From Spirochaetia bacterium (GTDB taxonomy: Bacteria; Spirochaetota; Spirochaetia; SZUA-6; Bin103): DNA of 64,000 bases. The stretch's first letter is position 1, and every line of letters begins with the position of its first letter. The notes under the pieces are model-generated. The model had not been told where the DNA came from. It did no database searches and saw nothing but the letters and a program-made list of their open reading frames with translations. Location: NCBI GenBank assembly GCA_965215345.1, contig CBDCDL010000001.1, positions 448,251 through 512,250 of the forward strand. The letters are read 5' to 3'. The translations under genes were made by a program, and so were the position numbers. Below are positions 30,786 through 39,475 of this stretch, piece after piece.

Positions 30786-32054
30786 TTACGCGGCCACTTC
30801 GGCGCCGAACTCCAGGCGGATCACCATTACGGTGCCGGCCATGCGGTTGACCGGCAGGCCGCTCAGGCGGAGGTAGGGTGGCTCCTGCCAGTGCCAAGGC
30901 GTGGTCTCCACCGTGACTCGGAGCTCGCTTCCGTCGTTCAGCAGCGTCGCCCGGTCGGGAGCGATGCGTAGCGGCTTGAGGATCAGGCCGGTGCTCTGCG
31001 GGGCCGCGGGGAGGTGGACATAGACGGTGTTCCCGTTGCGCGTGACCAGCACGCTGTCGCGCGGCACATGGTGCTCGCCTCCGTGCATGCCGATCGCGTC
31101 GTCCTCGATCAGCGTCGAGGCGGGCATGGTGCCCTCGAACGCCTCCCGGACCTTGCGGTACCAGTTGCCCACCTGCGCGAGCGTGCTCACGTTCTCCACC
31201 GGCAGGCTGCCGTCCGACTTGGGGCCGACGTTGAGGATGTAGTCGCCGCCCATCGCCAGCACGCGGTCGATGCTCTCGATGATGTGGCGGTCGCTGTAGT
31301 AGTCCTCGTCGGAGCGATAGCCCCAACTCTCGCGGCCGAGCGCCTGCACGGCCTGCGTCGGCGCGCCGAACTCGCGGGCTTCGGGCACGTGCCGTTCCGG
31401 CGTGCCGTAGTCGCCGGGGCTCGGGCCGCGGTCGTTGATCAGGATGCCGGGCTGCAGATCGCGCACCATCTCGTTCAGGCTTGGGTCGTGGTGCTCGGCC
31501 ACGTTCACGTCCCAGAAGAAGTCGCGCAGCGGGCCGTAGTTGGTGCAGAGCTCCCGCACCTGGCCGCGGACGAACTCCCAGTAGGCGGCGAGGTCCGGCT
31601 GGTCGCCGGGGCGCGGACCGAACATCTCGTGGTGGCGCCCCAGGTTGGGGTAGTGCGGGTGGTGCCAGTCGGGGCAGGAGTAGTAGAAACCGAGCGCGAT
31701 GCCGCGCCGCTCGCACGCCTCGGCAAGCTGGGCCAGGATGTCCCGGCCGTACGGCGTGTGCATCACCGAGTAGTCGGTTAGCTTCGTGTCCCACAGGCAG
31801 AACCCGTCGTGGTGCTTCGTGGTGATCACCACGAAGCTCATGCCGGCGCTCTCGGCCGCGACCAGCCACTCATCGGGATCGAAGCGGTCCGGGGCGAAGC
31901 GGTGGACAAGCTGCTCGTAGTCGCGCCGCTTCATGTCGGACCGCCAGAGGATCTGCTCGTGCCACGCCGGGATCGCGTACAGCCCCCAGTGGATGAACAT
32001 CCCCAGCCGCTCCGTGAAGTACCGGTCGCGCCCGTCGCCGAATGGTCTGATCAT
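30786..32054 (-). CDS. Alpha-L-fucosidase (GH29)
   Basis: GH29 blocks (MFIHWGLYAIPAW, TKHHDGFCLWDT...). Length is 422 aa. Confidence 0.85.
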   Translation of the reverse strand: MIRPFGDGRDRYFTERLGMFIHWGLYAIPAWHEQILWRSDMKRRDYEQLVHRFAPDRFDPDEWLVAAESAGMSFVVITTKHHDGFCLWDTKLTDYSVMHTPYGRDILAQLAEACERRGIALGFYYSCPDWHHPHYPNLGRHHEMFGPRPGDQPDLAAYWEFVRGQVRELCTNYGPLRDFFWDVNVAEHHDPSLNEMVRDLQPGILINDRGPSPGDYGTPERHVPEAREFGAPTQAVQALGRESWGYRSDEDYYSDRHIIESIDRVLAMGGDYILNVGPKSDGSLPVENVSTLAQVGNWYRKVREAFEGTMPASTLIEDDAIGMHGGEHHVPRDSVLVTRNGNTVYVHLPAAPQSTGLILKPLRIAPDRATLLNDGSELRVTVETTPWHWQEPPYLRLSGLPVNRMAGTVMVIRLEFGAEVAA

Positions 32055-32343
32055 GGTCGTCTCCCTGCTTGCGGCATCTTATCGGGTCTGCCGGTGCGCC
32101 GCCGGCCGCCCAGCCGGCGGCGCACCGGCAGCGAACAACGGACGCCTCTCTCTCTCTTGATCCGAGTGCCGGTGCCCTCCATGCTGCGCCAGTACCTGGA
32201 CGCCATGGTCCGCAACTCCAGGCCCATAGAGCATATCCGAGACATTGGAATGCTCTGATGCCAAGCCGCTGACGACTCGGTGATCTCCTGGAGTGACCGA
32301 GGCGTCGGTGGCGGCACAAGGTAGATTGCGGCATGATCGACGG

Positions 32344-33267
32344 ATGAATTCCTCAGTCCTGACGCCCGCGTCGTTCTCGCCTTCGACGACGTCCGTCGAA
32401 GACTTCGACTTCACCGCTGGGCAGGTGGACGTCGACGCCATGACGGAGGCGTACCGCAGGCACGGCGCCGTGGTGATGCGCGGGTTGTCCGAGGACTACG
32501 TGGCGGACCTGCTGCAGGACATGGAGGCGATCCTGGAGCAGAGCCAGGCGCTTCTTCCCGAGGCGGCGGCCGCCAAGCATCACGCCAACGCCGTGACGAC
32601 GCCGGACGGGACGCTGTTCAACGCCGACCCCAGCGATCCGGGGCGCATGGTCGTCAACACGCTGCGGCTGAACGCGATGATCTCGAGCGCGTTCCTCCGC
32701 TCGCTGGTCAACCCCGAGTTGCTGGAGCTGCTGGCGGCGCTGATCGGTCCGGACATCGAGCTGTGGAAGTGGGGGCAGTGCGTCTACAAGCAGCCCAGGA
32801 CGGGCGTGCCGAAGTCGCTGCACCAGGACGGGTACTACTTCGAGCACAAGCTGCAGAGCCCGACGGCGGTGCTCAGCTACGCGGTCGACGTGGACATGGG
32901 CAACGCGCCCCTGTACGTAGTGCCCGGCTCGCACGAGCTGGGGCTGGTCCGGCATGAGGACGACCGCTGGGCCGGCTTCGCGCTCAACGATCCCGTGTGG
33001 TGGGAACGCGCCGTGCCGATCGAGGGCAGTGCCGGGGACGCCGTGATCTTCCACACCTGCACCATTCACGGCTCGCCGGACAACCGCTCGGACCGGCCGC
33101 GCCCGGTGTTCATCAAGCGCTACCGGCGCGCGGACGACTTCTGCGTGATCGACGTGGCCAACGTCGCTGACCGGCAACGCGCCGAGCAGGCGCCGGTCGC
33201 CGCCAAGACCGAGGACGACTGGGGCCTGATGGTACGCGGCATCCGTCGCTATCAGCCGGCGGAATAG
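32344..33267 (+). CDS. Phytanoyl-CoA dioxygenase (PhyH) family protein
   Basis: SLHQDGYYFEH...VVPGSHE blocks. The ATG at 32344 is chosen over the longer ORF start at 32293. Confidence 0.7.
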   Translation: MNSSVLTPASFSPSTTSVEDFDFTAGQVDVDAMTEAYRRHGAVVMRGLSEDYVADLLQDMEAILEQSQALLPEAAAAKHHANAVTTPDGTLFNADPSDPGRMVVNTLRLNAMISSAFLRSLVNPELLELLAALIGPDIELWKWGQCVYKQPRTGVPKSLHQDGYYFEHKLQSPTAVLSYAVDVDMGNAPLYVVPGSHELGLVRHEDDRWAGFALNDPVWWERAVPIEGSAGDAVIFHTCTIHGSPDNRSDRPRPVFIKRYRRADDFCVIDVANVADRQRAEQAPVAAKTEDDWGLMVRGIRRYQPAE

Positions 33268-33320
33268 AGCACAAAGCCGATCGCGCTCAGGGAGATCCAC
33301 GCTTGTCGCCGCCACGTACC

Positions 33321-33339
33321 TGCACTACGCTGTAGTGCA
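33321..33339. promoter_or_regulatory. Perfect inverted repeat TGCACTAC-gct-GTAGTGCA abutting the vapB start codon (putative operator)
   Basis: Read directly. Confidence 0.45.
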
Positions 33340-33624
33340 ATGCAGAAGAACGAAGTCTACAGTTGGCGGCTCGACGCGGCGCTGAAAGAGGCGCTGGAGA
33401 GGGCTGCTCGCTCCGAAGACACGAGCGTCGCGAGCTTGCTGCGAACGATCGTCACCGACTGGCTTGCGCGCAACTCGGCGAATGGGGACGACGCGGCGTC
33501 GCAGTTCCGGATGCGCAACCAGGCGCTCCGCTGTGCCGGATCGATCCGGGGGGGCGATCCGAATCGAGCGGAACAGGCAAGCAGTCGCGTGCGAGCGGCG
33601 TTGCAGGATCGACGTGCGCGTTGA
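33340..33624 (+). CDS. vapB: Ribbon-helix-helix (CopG/VapB-like) antitoxin
   Basis: The RHH-like N-terminus YSWRLDAALKEALERAARSEDTSVASLLRTIV. It overlaps the PIN-domain gene. Confidence 0.65.
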   Translation: MQKNEVYSWRLDAALKEALERAARSEDTSVASLLRTIVTDWLARNSANGDDAASQFRMRNQALRCAGSIRGGDPNRAEQASSRVRAALQDRRAR

Positions 33625-34033
33625 GGGACTTGCCGATACCGGCGCTCTGCTCGCCTTCCTCGATGAGGACGACAAGTGGCACGAACGATGTGTCGCGGCA
33701 TTCGAGCGCCTGCGTCTCCCGCTCGGGACGACCGCTGCGGTTCTCGCCGAGCTGTTTCACCTGCTCGGCCACTCGGGAGAGCTGACTGCAGCATGGGGAT
33801 TGATCAGGTCGGATGCGGTCACCGTTCTTCCCATCGTCGATGGCGACCTTCCGGCTCTCGATGAACTGATGAAGCGTTACGCCGACCGTCCCATGGACTT
33901 CGCGGACGCCACACTGGTGCATGCCGCGTACCGCGAGGGGATCACGACGGTGTTCACCATTGACCATGACGACTTTCAAACGTACCGAATCGGCAGGCGG
34001 CGTCGGTTCCGGATCGCCCCTGAGCGCTGGTAG
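33614..34033 (+). CDS. vapC: PIN-domain toxin VapC
   Basis: Conserved acidic residues in ...DTGALLAFLDEDD... and FADATLVHAAYREGITTVFTID. GTG start overlaps the vapB 3' end. Confidence 0.7.
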   Translation: MRVEGLADTGALLAFLDEDDKWHERCVAAFERLRLPLGTTAAVLAELFHLLGHSGELTAAWGLIRSDAVTVLPIVDGDLPALDELMKRYADRPMDFADATLVHAAYREGITTVFTIDHDDFQTYRIGRRRRFRIAPERW

Positions 34034-34051
34034 ATCGGCTTGGCAGCTATG

Positions 34052-34063
34052 GTACTATAGTAC
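34052..34063. promoter_or_regulatory. Perfect 12-bp palindrome GTACTATAGTAC 8 bp upstream of the RHH-NTase gene start (putative operator)
   Basis: Read directly. Confidence 0.4.
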
Positions 34064-34070
34064 TATTACG

Positions 34071-34661
34071 ATGGGAGCCCTGTCCGGCCGGTTCGTGGTG
34101 CGCGTGTCTCCGCGGCTGCACGGCGCCTTGCGAGAGCGGGCTGGTCGGCTGGGTGTGTCACTGAACGAGTTGTGCCGTGGCGCACTTGCGGCTGCGGTTG
34201 AGGCGGAACCCGTCGGCACCGTGGCCGAGTCGGCCTTGCCGGACCACGGGATGCTGGCCCGGATCACCGAGTCCTATCGGCCGGACATCGTCGGGGTGAT
34301 CCTGTTCGGCTCCCGTGCGCAGGGCACCGCGAGGCCGGACTCCGACTGGGATGTCGTGCTGGTCATGACGCCGACGACGGCGCTCTCACGCGATCTGTAT
34401 CGGACGTGGGATGAGCGCATCGATCGCGGCACGCGGGAGCCGTTGGTGAATCCGCACTTCATCCATATGCCATCGCCGGCGGGCGGTGGATCGTTGTGGT
34501 TGGAGGCGGCGTTGCATGGACGGGTGCTGTGGCAGCGCGACGCCGGTCTGACGCGCCGCTTGGCGAGCGCTCGGGAGCGGATAGCGGCGGGTCAGGTGCG
34601 CCGGCGCGCCGCCTACGGAACCCCGTACTGGGTACACGAAGAGCCTGATGTACAACCCTGA
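34071..34661 (+). CDS. Fusion protein: N-terminal RHH/HicB-like DNA-binding domain + nucleotidyltransferase (MntA-like)
   Basis: N-terminus GRFVVRVSPRLHGALRERAGRLGVSLNELCRGAL is RHH-like. It is followed by the NTase motif ILFGSRAQGTARPDSDWDVVLV. Confidence 0.6.
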   Translation: MGALSGRFVVRVSPRLHGALRERAGRLGVSLNELCRGALAAAVEAEPVGTVAESALPDHGMLARITESYRPDIVGVILFGSRAQGTARPDSDWDVVLVMTPTTALSRDLYRTWDERIDRGTREPLVNPHFIHMPSPAGGGSLWLEAALHGRVLWQRDAGLTRRLASARERIAAGQVRRRAAYGTPYWVHEEPDVQP

Positions 34662-35067
34662 CCTTACCGCGGACTACCTGCGGCGCGCCGCCAGCAGGCT
34701 CAAGGCGATCGAGGTGCTGCTGGCCGAGTCGAGTTGGGCGGATGTCGTGCGGGAGTCGCAGGAGGTGGTCGAGATCTGTCTCAAGGCACTGTTGCGGCAC
34801 GCCCGCATCGAGGTTCCGCGGCTGCATGACGTGAGTCCCGTGCTCGAGGACAACCGCGATCGCCTCCCGGCGGCGGCCCTGCCTCACCTGGATCGTCTGA
34901 GCGAAGTGTCCCGTTCGCTGCGGCGTGACCGTGAGCTGGCCTTCTATGGAAGCGAGGATCTGACGCCGAACGAGTTCTACCGCCAGGAGGATGCGGAGAC
35001 GGCGCTGCAGGACGCCACCTTCGTGTACGGCACCGTGGTCGAAGCGGTGCATGAACCGGAGAGATAG
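34648..35067 (+). CDS. HEPN domain protein (toxin partner)
   Basis: Helical ~139-aa HEPN-like protein. It overlaps the upstream NTase gene by 14 nt. Confidence 0.65.
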   Translation: MYNPDLTADYLRRAASRLKAIEVLLAESSWADVVRESQEVVEICLKALLRHARIEVPRLHDVSPVLEDNRDRLPAAALPHLDRLSEVSRSLRRDRELAFYGSEDLTPNEFYRQEDAETALQDATFVYGTVVEAVHEPER

Positions 35068-35072
35068 CGCTC

Positions 35073-35954
35073 TTATTGCGCCGCCTCCTGGTCCGGTCCG
35101 GATGGCTCCTCGGCGGCGCTGATCCATATCCGCGTGAGCCGCGCGAGTTCGCCTACGGCTCCGGAGCCGTCGTCCACGAAGCGCGTGATCCGTCCGAACC
35201 GCAGGTCGAGGTACTCGTGCGCCATCAGGTTGCGCAGTGCTGCCAGCGGCTGCAGGCGTCCGGACAGCACCGCGAAGTCGGGCAGAGTTTCCAGTTCGGC
35301 GAGGATCTGACCGTACGTGAAGGGGACCGGGTGCTGCGCGGACGACAGCACGATCTTGCCGATGTCGATCGCGGCGTTGATCAGGATCTCCACCCAGCGG
35401 TCGAGGTTGCGCCGCAGGTCGCGGTCGGATCGATAGCGATGCTGCGTGACCTCCCGGAATCGCTCGCGATCCTCCAACTCGGTGTCGATGAAGTCGACGA
35501 TCCGCTCGAGCCGACTCTGATCGACCGGTGAAAGGGAGCCGCTGCGGTCCCGTATCACGCGGTACTCGCGCTCGGTCTGCAGGAAGTCGATGGCCACCGA
35601 GGTGACCGCGAGGAAGTATCGCGAGTAGAGACCTCCGTCCCTCATCAGGACCACGCGTCCGGACGTGAGCGCCGCGGCGCACACCGTCGCGGGAGCCCGG
35701 TTCAGGACCAGGAGCTCCACGTTGCGCTGCGTCACTCGCTCCAGGGCGATCTGGATCTCGGTCTCCCGGTCGACCTCCCGTTCCCGCTCGATCTCGATCC
35801 GGCCGTCGGACTCGCCATAGACCGCCACGTCGACGTCGGAGTCCGGCCGCAACCTGCCGGAGCAGGCAGATCCGAACAGAACGGCGAACGTCAGGTGGGG
35901 GAAGCGCTCCAGCTCCGAGCCGACCGCCTGGGCGATCTCATCGGCTGCCGACAT
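35073..35954 (-). CDS. Single-chain MNT-HepT fusion: N-terminal nucleotidyltransferase + C-terminal DUF86/HepT HEPN domain
   Basis: N-terminus has LFGSACSGRLRPDSDVDVAV (NTase). C-terminus has the R-x4-HxY motif RNLMAHEY (HepT). Confidence 0.65.
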   Translation of the reverse strand: MSAADEIAQAVGSELERFPHLTFAVLFGSACSGRLRPDSDVDVAVYGESDGRIEIEREREVDRETEIQIALERVTQRNVELLVLNRAPATVCAAALTSGRVVLMRDGGLYSRYFLAVTSVAIDFLQTEREYRVIRDRSGSLSPVDQSRLERIVDFIDTELEDRERFREVTQHRYRSDRDLRRNLDRWVEILINAAIDIGKIVLSSAQHPVPFTYGQILAELETLPDFAVLSGRLQPLAALRNLMAHEYLDLRFGRITRFVDDGSGAVGELARLTRIWISAAEEPSGPDQEAAQ

Positions 35955-35993
35955 CGGATCCGTCGTCGCACGCCGGGAGGGGTGGAGCGCCGC

Positions 35994-36668
35994 TCATGCC
36001 AGCCGCTCCCACCGGTCGGGGTCGATGGCGCCGGTCACCGGGCGGCCCGCGAAGAAGTCCTCCAGCGCGGCTACCGTGGCGTCGCCGATGCGGCGGTGGC
36101 CGTACCGTCCGTGGCCGGCCACGTCGCCGGCGCCGACGATGCCGACGATGGCGCCGGTCAGGTACTGCTCGCCCACCGGGATCTGCGGCGAGCGCCAACC
36201 GCCGGTGCGGCGCACGTGCAGGGCGTGATCCATCAGGCGTTGCGCGCTCATGATGATCAGGCCCAGAGTGGTCTCGGCTACGTTGTAGGCGATCGGCACC
36301 GTTGAGGTGAACACGCAGATGCGGCGCGGGGCGATGTAGTCCGTCCAAACTTGGTCCAGCATGCGGCGCACCGATCCGGCCGAGTGGGCGATGATCCGCA
36401 GCCGGTCGGCCGCCTCCATGATCGCGGGCGTGATCGATGGCGGTCCGCCGGACGCCGGGGCCGCCCAGCCGGTGATGAGCGCATCGTGGCCGCCGATCAG
36501 GGAGCAGATCTCCGCCTCGGTCAGGTCGCGGTCGCCCTCGTTGCGGGTCACCTCGAAAGCGCCCTGCAGGCGCGTCCAGGACTCGGGGGTGAACACCTTC
36601 GCCGTGTGCTCGCGGGCGGGCAGGTGCAGGACGCGCGGCCGGCGCGCCGCGGCCGTGTCAGCCGGCAT
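35994..36668 (-). CDS. D-isomer-specific 2-hydroxyacid dehydrogenase-like protein, shorter than usual and possibly truncated
   Basis: NAD-binding Gly-rich segment GIVGAGDVAGHG. At 224 aa it is shorter than the typical ~310-aa family members. Confidence 0.4.
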   Translation of the reverse strand: MPADTAAARRPRVLHLPAREHTAKVFTPESWTRLQGAFEVTRNEGDRDLTEAEICSLIGGHDALITGWAAPASGGPPSITPAIMEAADRLRIIAHSAGSVRRMLDQVWTDYIAPRRICVFTSTVPIAYNVAETTLGLIIMSAQRLMDHALHVRRTGGWRSPQIPVGEQYLTGAIVGIVGAGDVAGHGRYGHRRIGDATVAALEDFFAGRPVTGAIDPDRWERLA

Positions 36669-38112
36669 GGTGTGCTGCCTTGCAGCCGATCTCGGTGTCA
36701 CCGGTGGCGCGCTGCCAGCCGCGGATGCGGGCGGTCAGGTCGCGGCTGTGCTCGGCATGCTCCGGGAGGAAGGCCAGGTTGGCGGTCTCTCCCGGGTCGT
36801 CGTTCAGGTCGTAGAGCTCGTGCTGACCGGCGGGGCTCAGGCAGAACTTCCACCCCTCGGGCGTGATGATGCAGCGCACGGCGTCGGCCAAGTCGGCCAG
36901 CCCGGCCTCGCGCGTGGTCACCTCGGCCAGGTAGTCGGGCAACGGGTCGCGCTTCAGGTCCTCGTGGACGAGGTAGTTGATGCCCGTCCACTCCACGAAC
37001 GCGGGCCGTGGCGGCGGGTCGGCGCCGTCCAGCCACGGGGTGAGCGACGTGCCCTGCAGGTGCTCGGGCGCGGCGAGGCCCAGCTCGTCGAGCACGGTCG
37101 GCACGACGTCCACGTGACCCACCGGCGCGTGCACGTGCCGGGCTTTGCCCTGCCCGGGCCGGCTGATCAGCAGCGGCACGCCGATCGACTCCTCGTACAT
37201 CAGGTTCTTGCCGAAGAGCTGGTGGCTGCCGGCCAGCTCGCCGTGATCGGCGGTGAGGATCACCAGCGTGTCGTCGGCCGCGCCCGAGGCGTCGAGCTGG
37301 TCGAACACCCGGCCGAGCGCGCGGTCGACCTGCGTGCACAGGCCCCAGTAGCGCTGGATCAACAGGCGCCACGCCAGGTCCGAGCGCAGGGCGATGCCGT
37401 CCTTGCGGTGGTGCAGCACGGACAGGTGCTCCAGCAGCGCCTTGCGGGGCTGGTCCGGGCCGGGCGGATGGTGCCAGTTGTCCGGCAGCGGCACCTGGTC
37501 GAAGGGATGCAGGTCGTCCAGGGGGCCGGACAGCGGATCGTGCGGCTCGTAGAAGCAGAGGGTGAGGGCGAACGGCCGGTCCGCGTGGCGGCGGATGAAG
37601 TCGCACGCCTTGGTGGCGATGTTGGACGGACCGCCCAAGTGTTCGGGGATGGCCGGCCGGTCCGCCTTGCCGAAGCGTACGCCGTCGGCAGGCGTGAGCC
37701 CGTGCGCACGCAGCAGGTGGTCGGGAGCGACGTCGTTGAAGTCGAGTTCGTCGATGCCACAGGCGCGCGGCGCCGGCCCGTCAATGTAGCGGTGGCCGCC
37801 GCTCCGGCCGAAGAACCCGCACACCCAGCGATCGTCGAGCAGATCGGTGAGGCAGGGGATGTGGTCGTGCATGGGATGCTCGCCCAGCGTGACCTGGCCG
37901 TTGTCGTGCGGCCAGGTGCCGGTGAACAGGCAGGCGCGCGCCGGACCGCACACCGGCTGGGCGCAGTAGGCGCGGTGGAAGACGGCGCTCCGCTCTGCCA
38001 ACGCGTTCATGCGCGGCACCTGGATGCGGTCGTTGCCGTGGGCGGCCAAGGTGGAGCGCGCCTGCTGATCGGTGACGATCAGCAGCAGGTTGGGCGGTGT
38101 GCGGGATGCCAT
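36658..38112 (-). CDS. Sulfatase (formylglycine-dependent arylsulfatase family)
   Basis: Blocks LLIVTDQQ, the C-x-P-x-R motif (CGPAR) and TADHGE. Confidence 0.85.
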   Translation of the reverse strand: MASRTPPNLLLIVTDQQARSTLAAHGNDRIQVPRMNALAERSAVFHRAYCAQPVCGPARACLFTGTWPHDNGQVTLGEHPMHDHIPCLTDLLDDRWVCGFFGRSGGHRYIDGPAPRACGIDELDFNDVAPDHLLRAHGLTPADGVRFGKADRPAIPEHLGGPSNIATKACDFIRRHADRPFALTLCFYEPHDPLSGPLDDLHPFDQVPLPDNWHHPPGPDQPRKALLEHLSVLHHRKDGIALRSDLAWRLLIQRYWGLCTQVDRALGRVFDQLDASGAADDTLVILTADHGELAGSHQLFGKNLMYEESIGVPLLISRPGQGKARHVHAPVGHVDVVPTVLDELGLAAPEHLQGTSLTPWLDGADPPPRPAFVEWTGINYLVHEDLKRDPLPDYLAEVTTREAGLADLADAVRCIITPEGWKFCLSPAGQHELYDLNDDPGETANLAFLPEHAEHSRDLTARIRGWQRATGDTEIGCKAAHHAG

Positions 38113-38129
38113 CGCCGGCCCGGCGCCGG

Positions 38130-39023
38130 TCAGCGCCCCAGGGCCGCCGCCTGTTGCTGCGGCCCATCGATCCGGCGCCGCTCCTGTTGGTTCCTGCCGT
38201 CCGGGTCCGGGGTGATCGGGGCGCCGGCCGGCATGTAGATGACGTTCATGGCCCGCCGCCGCCGGTCGGTCGGATTGGGGTCGGAGCCGTGCAGCACGCG
38301 CGGGTTCAACAGACAGGACTCGCCGGCCGCGGCGGTCAGGACCACTTTCTCCTGGTCGCCTTCCTGAGCGGTCGCGCGGGCGCGTGCTCGGGCCGTGACC
38401 TCCTGCCACGACAGGCCGTCGGCGTCGAAGTGCCGGGCATCGGAATGCCGGGCATCGGAATGCCGGGCATCGGAATGCCGGGCATCGGAATGCCGGGCAT
38501 CGGAATGCCGGGCATCGGAATGCTGGCTGCCGGGCAGGATGTACATGGCGCCGTTGTCAGGGCCGGCGTCGTCGAGTGCGGTCCAGATCGTGAAGTACGG
38601 GGTGCCGGGCACGGGAAAGCCGGTCCCGGTGTCCTGGTGCCAGCCGAGCGCGGTGCCGCCGTGCGCGGGCTTCATCAGGATCATCGCCCGGTGGATGGCG
38701 AGCGGCTGCGGGACGAGTTGGTGGATCACCTCGAGCATCGCCGGCCCGGTGATCACCGGGTAGAAGACCGGATCCCACTCCAGGCCGCCGATCTTGCGGT
38801 AGCCGTCGGAGGCGCCGGCGTACGCGTAGCCGGTGGAATCGTAACCGGTGCGGCGCCACTTCTCGTCCAGTTGGAAGCCGACCCGGCCGGGAGGGACGCG
38901 GCCGGAGGTCAGGTCGTCCGTGCGCCGTCTGAGCGACTCCAGCTCCGCGGCGCTCATCACTGCGCCGAGGGGCAGGTACCCGTCGGCATGGAACCGTGCG
39001 AGTTGTTCGTCGTCGAGCGCCAT
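38130..39023 (-). CDS. PhyH-family dioxygenase containing a 6x HSDAR pentapeptide insertion
   Basis: PhyH blocks (LGWHQDTG...YILPGSQH) followed by SDARHSDARHSDARHSDARHSDARHSDARH, encoded by the 15-bp repeats. Confidence 0.7.
   Translation of the reverse strand: MALDDEQLARFHADGYLPLGAVMSAAELESLRRRTDDLTSGRVPPGRVGFQLDEKWRRTGYDSTGYAYAGASDGYRKIGGLEWDPVFYPVITGPAMLEVIHQLVPQPLAIHRAMILMKPAHGGTALGWHQDTGTGFPVPGTPYFTIWTALDDAGPDNGAMYILPGSQHSDARHSDARHSDARHSDARHSDARHSDARHFDADGLSWQEVTARARARATAQEGDQEKVVLTAAAGESCLLNPRVLHGSDPNPTDRRRRAMNVIYMPAGAPITPDPDGRNQQERRRIDGPQQQAAALGR
38432..38521. repeat. 6 perfect tandem copies of a 15-bp unit (ccgggcatcggaatg), in frame within the PhyH gene
   Basis: Read directly. Confidence 0.9.
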
Positions 39024-39027
39024 CGGT

Positions 39028-39474
39028 CTACTCGGTGGCCGGCACGTCGCGCAGCTTTTCCAGGATGAACTCGTTGCCCAACCCGTAGGTCTTCGACTCG
39101 TCCATCATCAGCGCCATGTTCGGGAAGCTGATGATCCGCCAGCCGTCGTTCATCGCTTCCAGCACGCTCTGGTACGGCCACTCCTCGGGGTCCTCCGGGC
39201 ACGCCCTGACCTCGCCGTCCTCGACCAATGCCATGCCGTTGACCTTGGAGGTGACCGATGAGAACAGCGTCCACAGGTAGAGGACATCCTGTCGCCGGCC
39301 GTTGCCGCCCAGCGAGCGGACGGCTTCCGCGCAGGCGCGCAGCCGATCTGCCGGGAGCCGGTCCGACTCCAGCAACCGGACGCACTCCTGCAGCTCGTCA
39401 GCCAGCCTGTCCGCGTCCATGGACGCACGCTGTTCCGTCACCTCGCGTGCTGTCAACAGCTCCGCGTCGCGCAC
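39028..39474 (-). CDS. Small uncharacterised protein, member of a two-copy paralog family (see 47239..47625), upstream partner of a PhyH gene
   Basis: Shares ...DP-EEWPYQSV-EA-NDGWRIISFPNMALMMDE-KTYGLGNEFILEK... with the ORF at 47239. Confidence 0.5.
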   Translation of the reverse strand: MRDAELLTAREVTEQRASMDADRLADELQECVRLLESDRLPADRLRACAEAVRSLGGNGRRQDVLYLWTLFSSVTSKVNGMALVEDGEVRACPEDPEEWPYQSVLEAMNDGWRIISFPNMALMMDESKTYGLGNEFILEKLRDVPATE

Positions 39475-39475
39475 G

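Noticed and set aside
30520-31869. 449-aa minus-strand ORF in an alternative frame of the fucosidase gene
   Set aside because: The fucosidase frame carries clear GH29 motifs, while the alternative frame is Arg/Pro-rich.
36361-38238. 625-aa plus-strand ORF and 302-aa ORF antisense to the sulfatase
   Set aside because: Low-complexity translation. The sulfatase frame has CGPAR and other family motifs.
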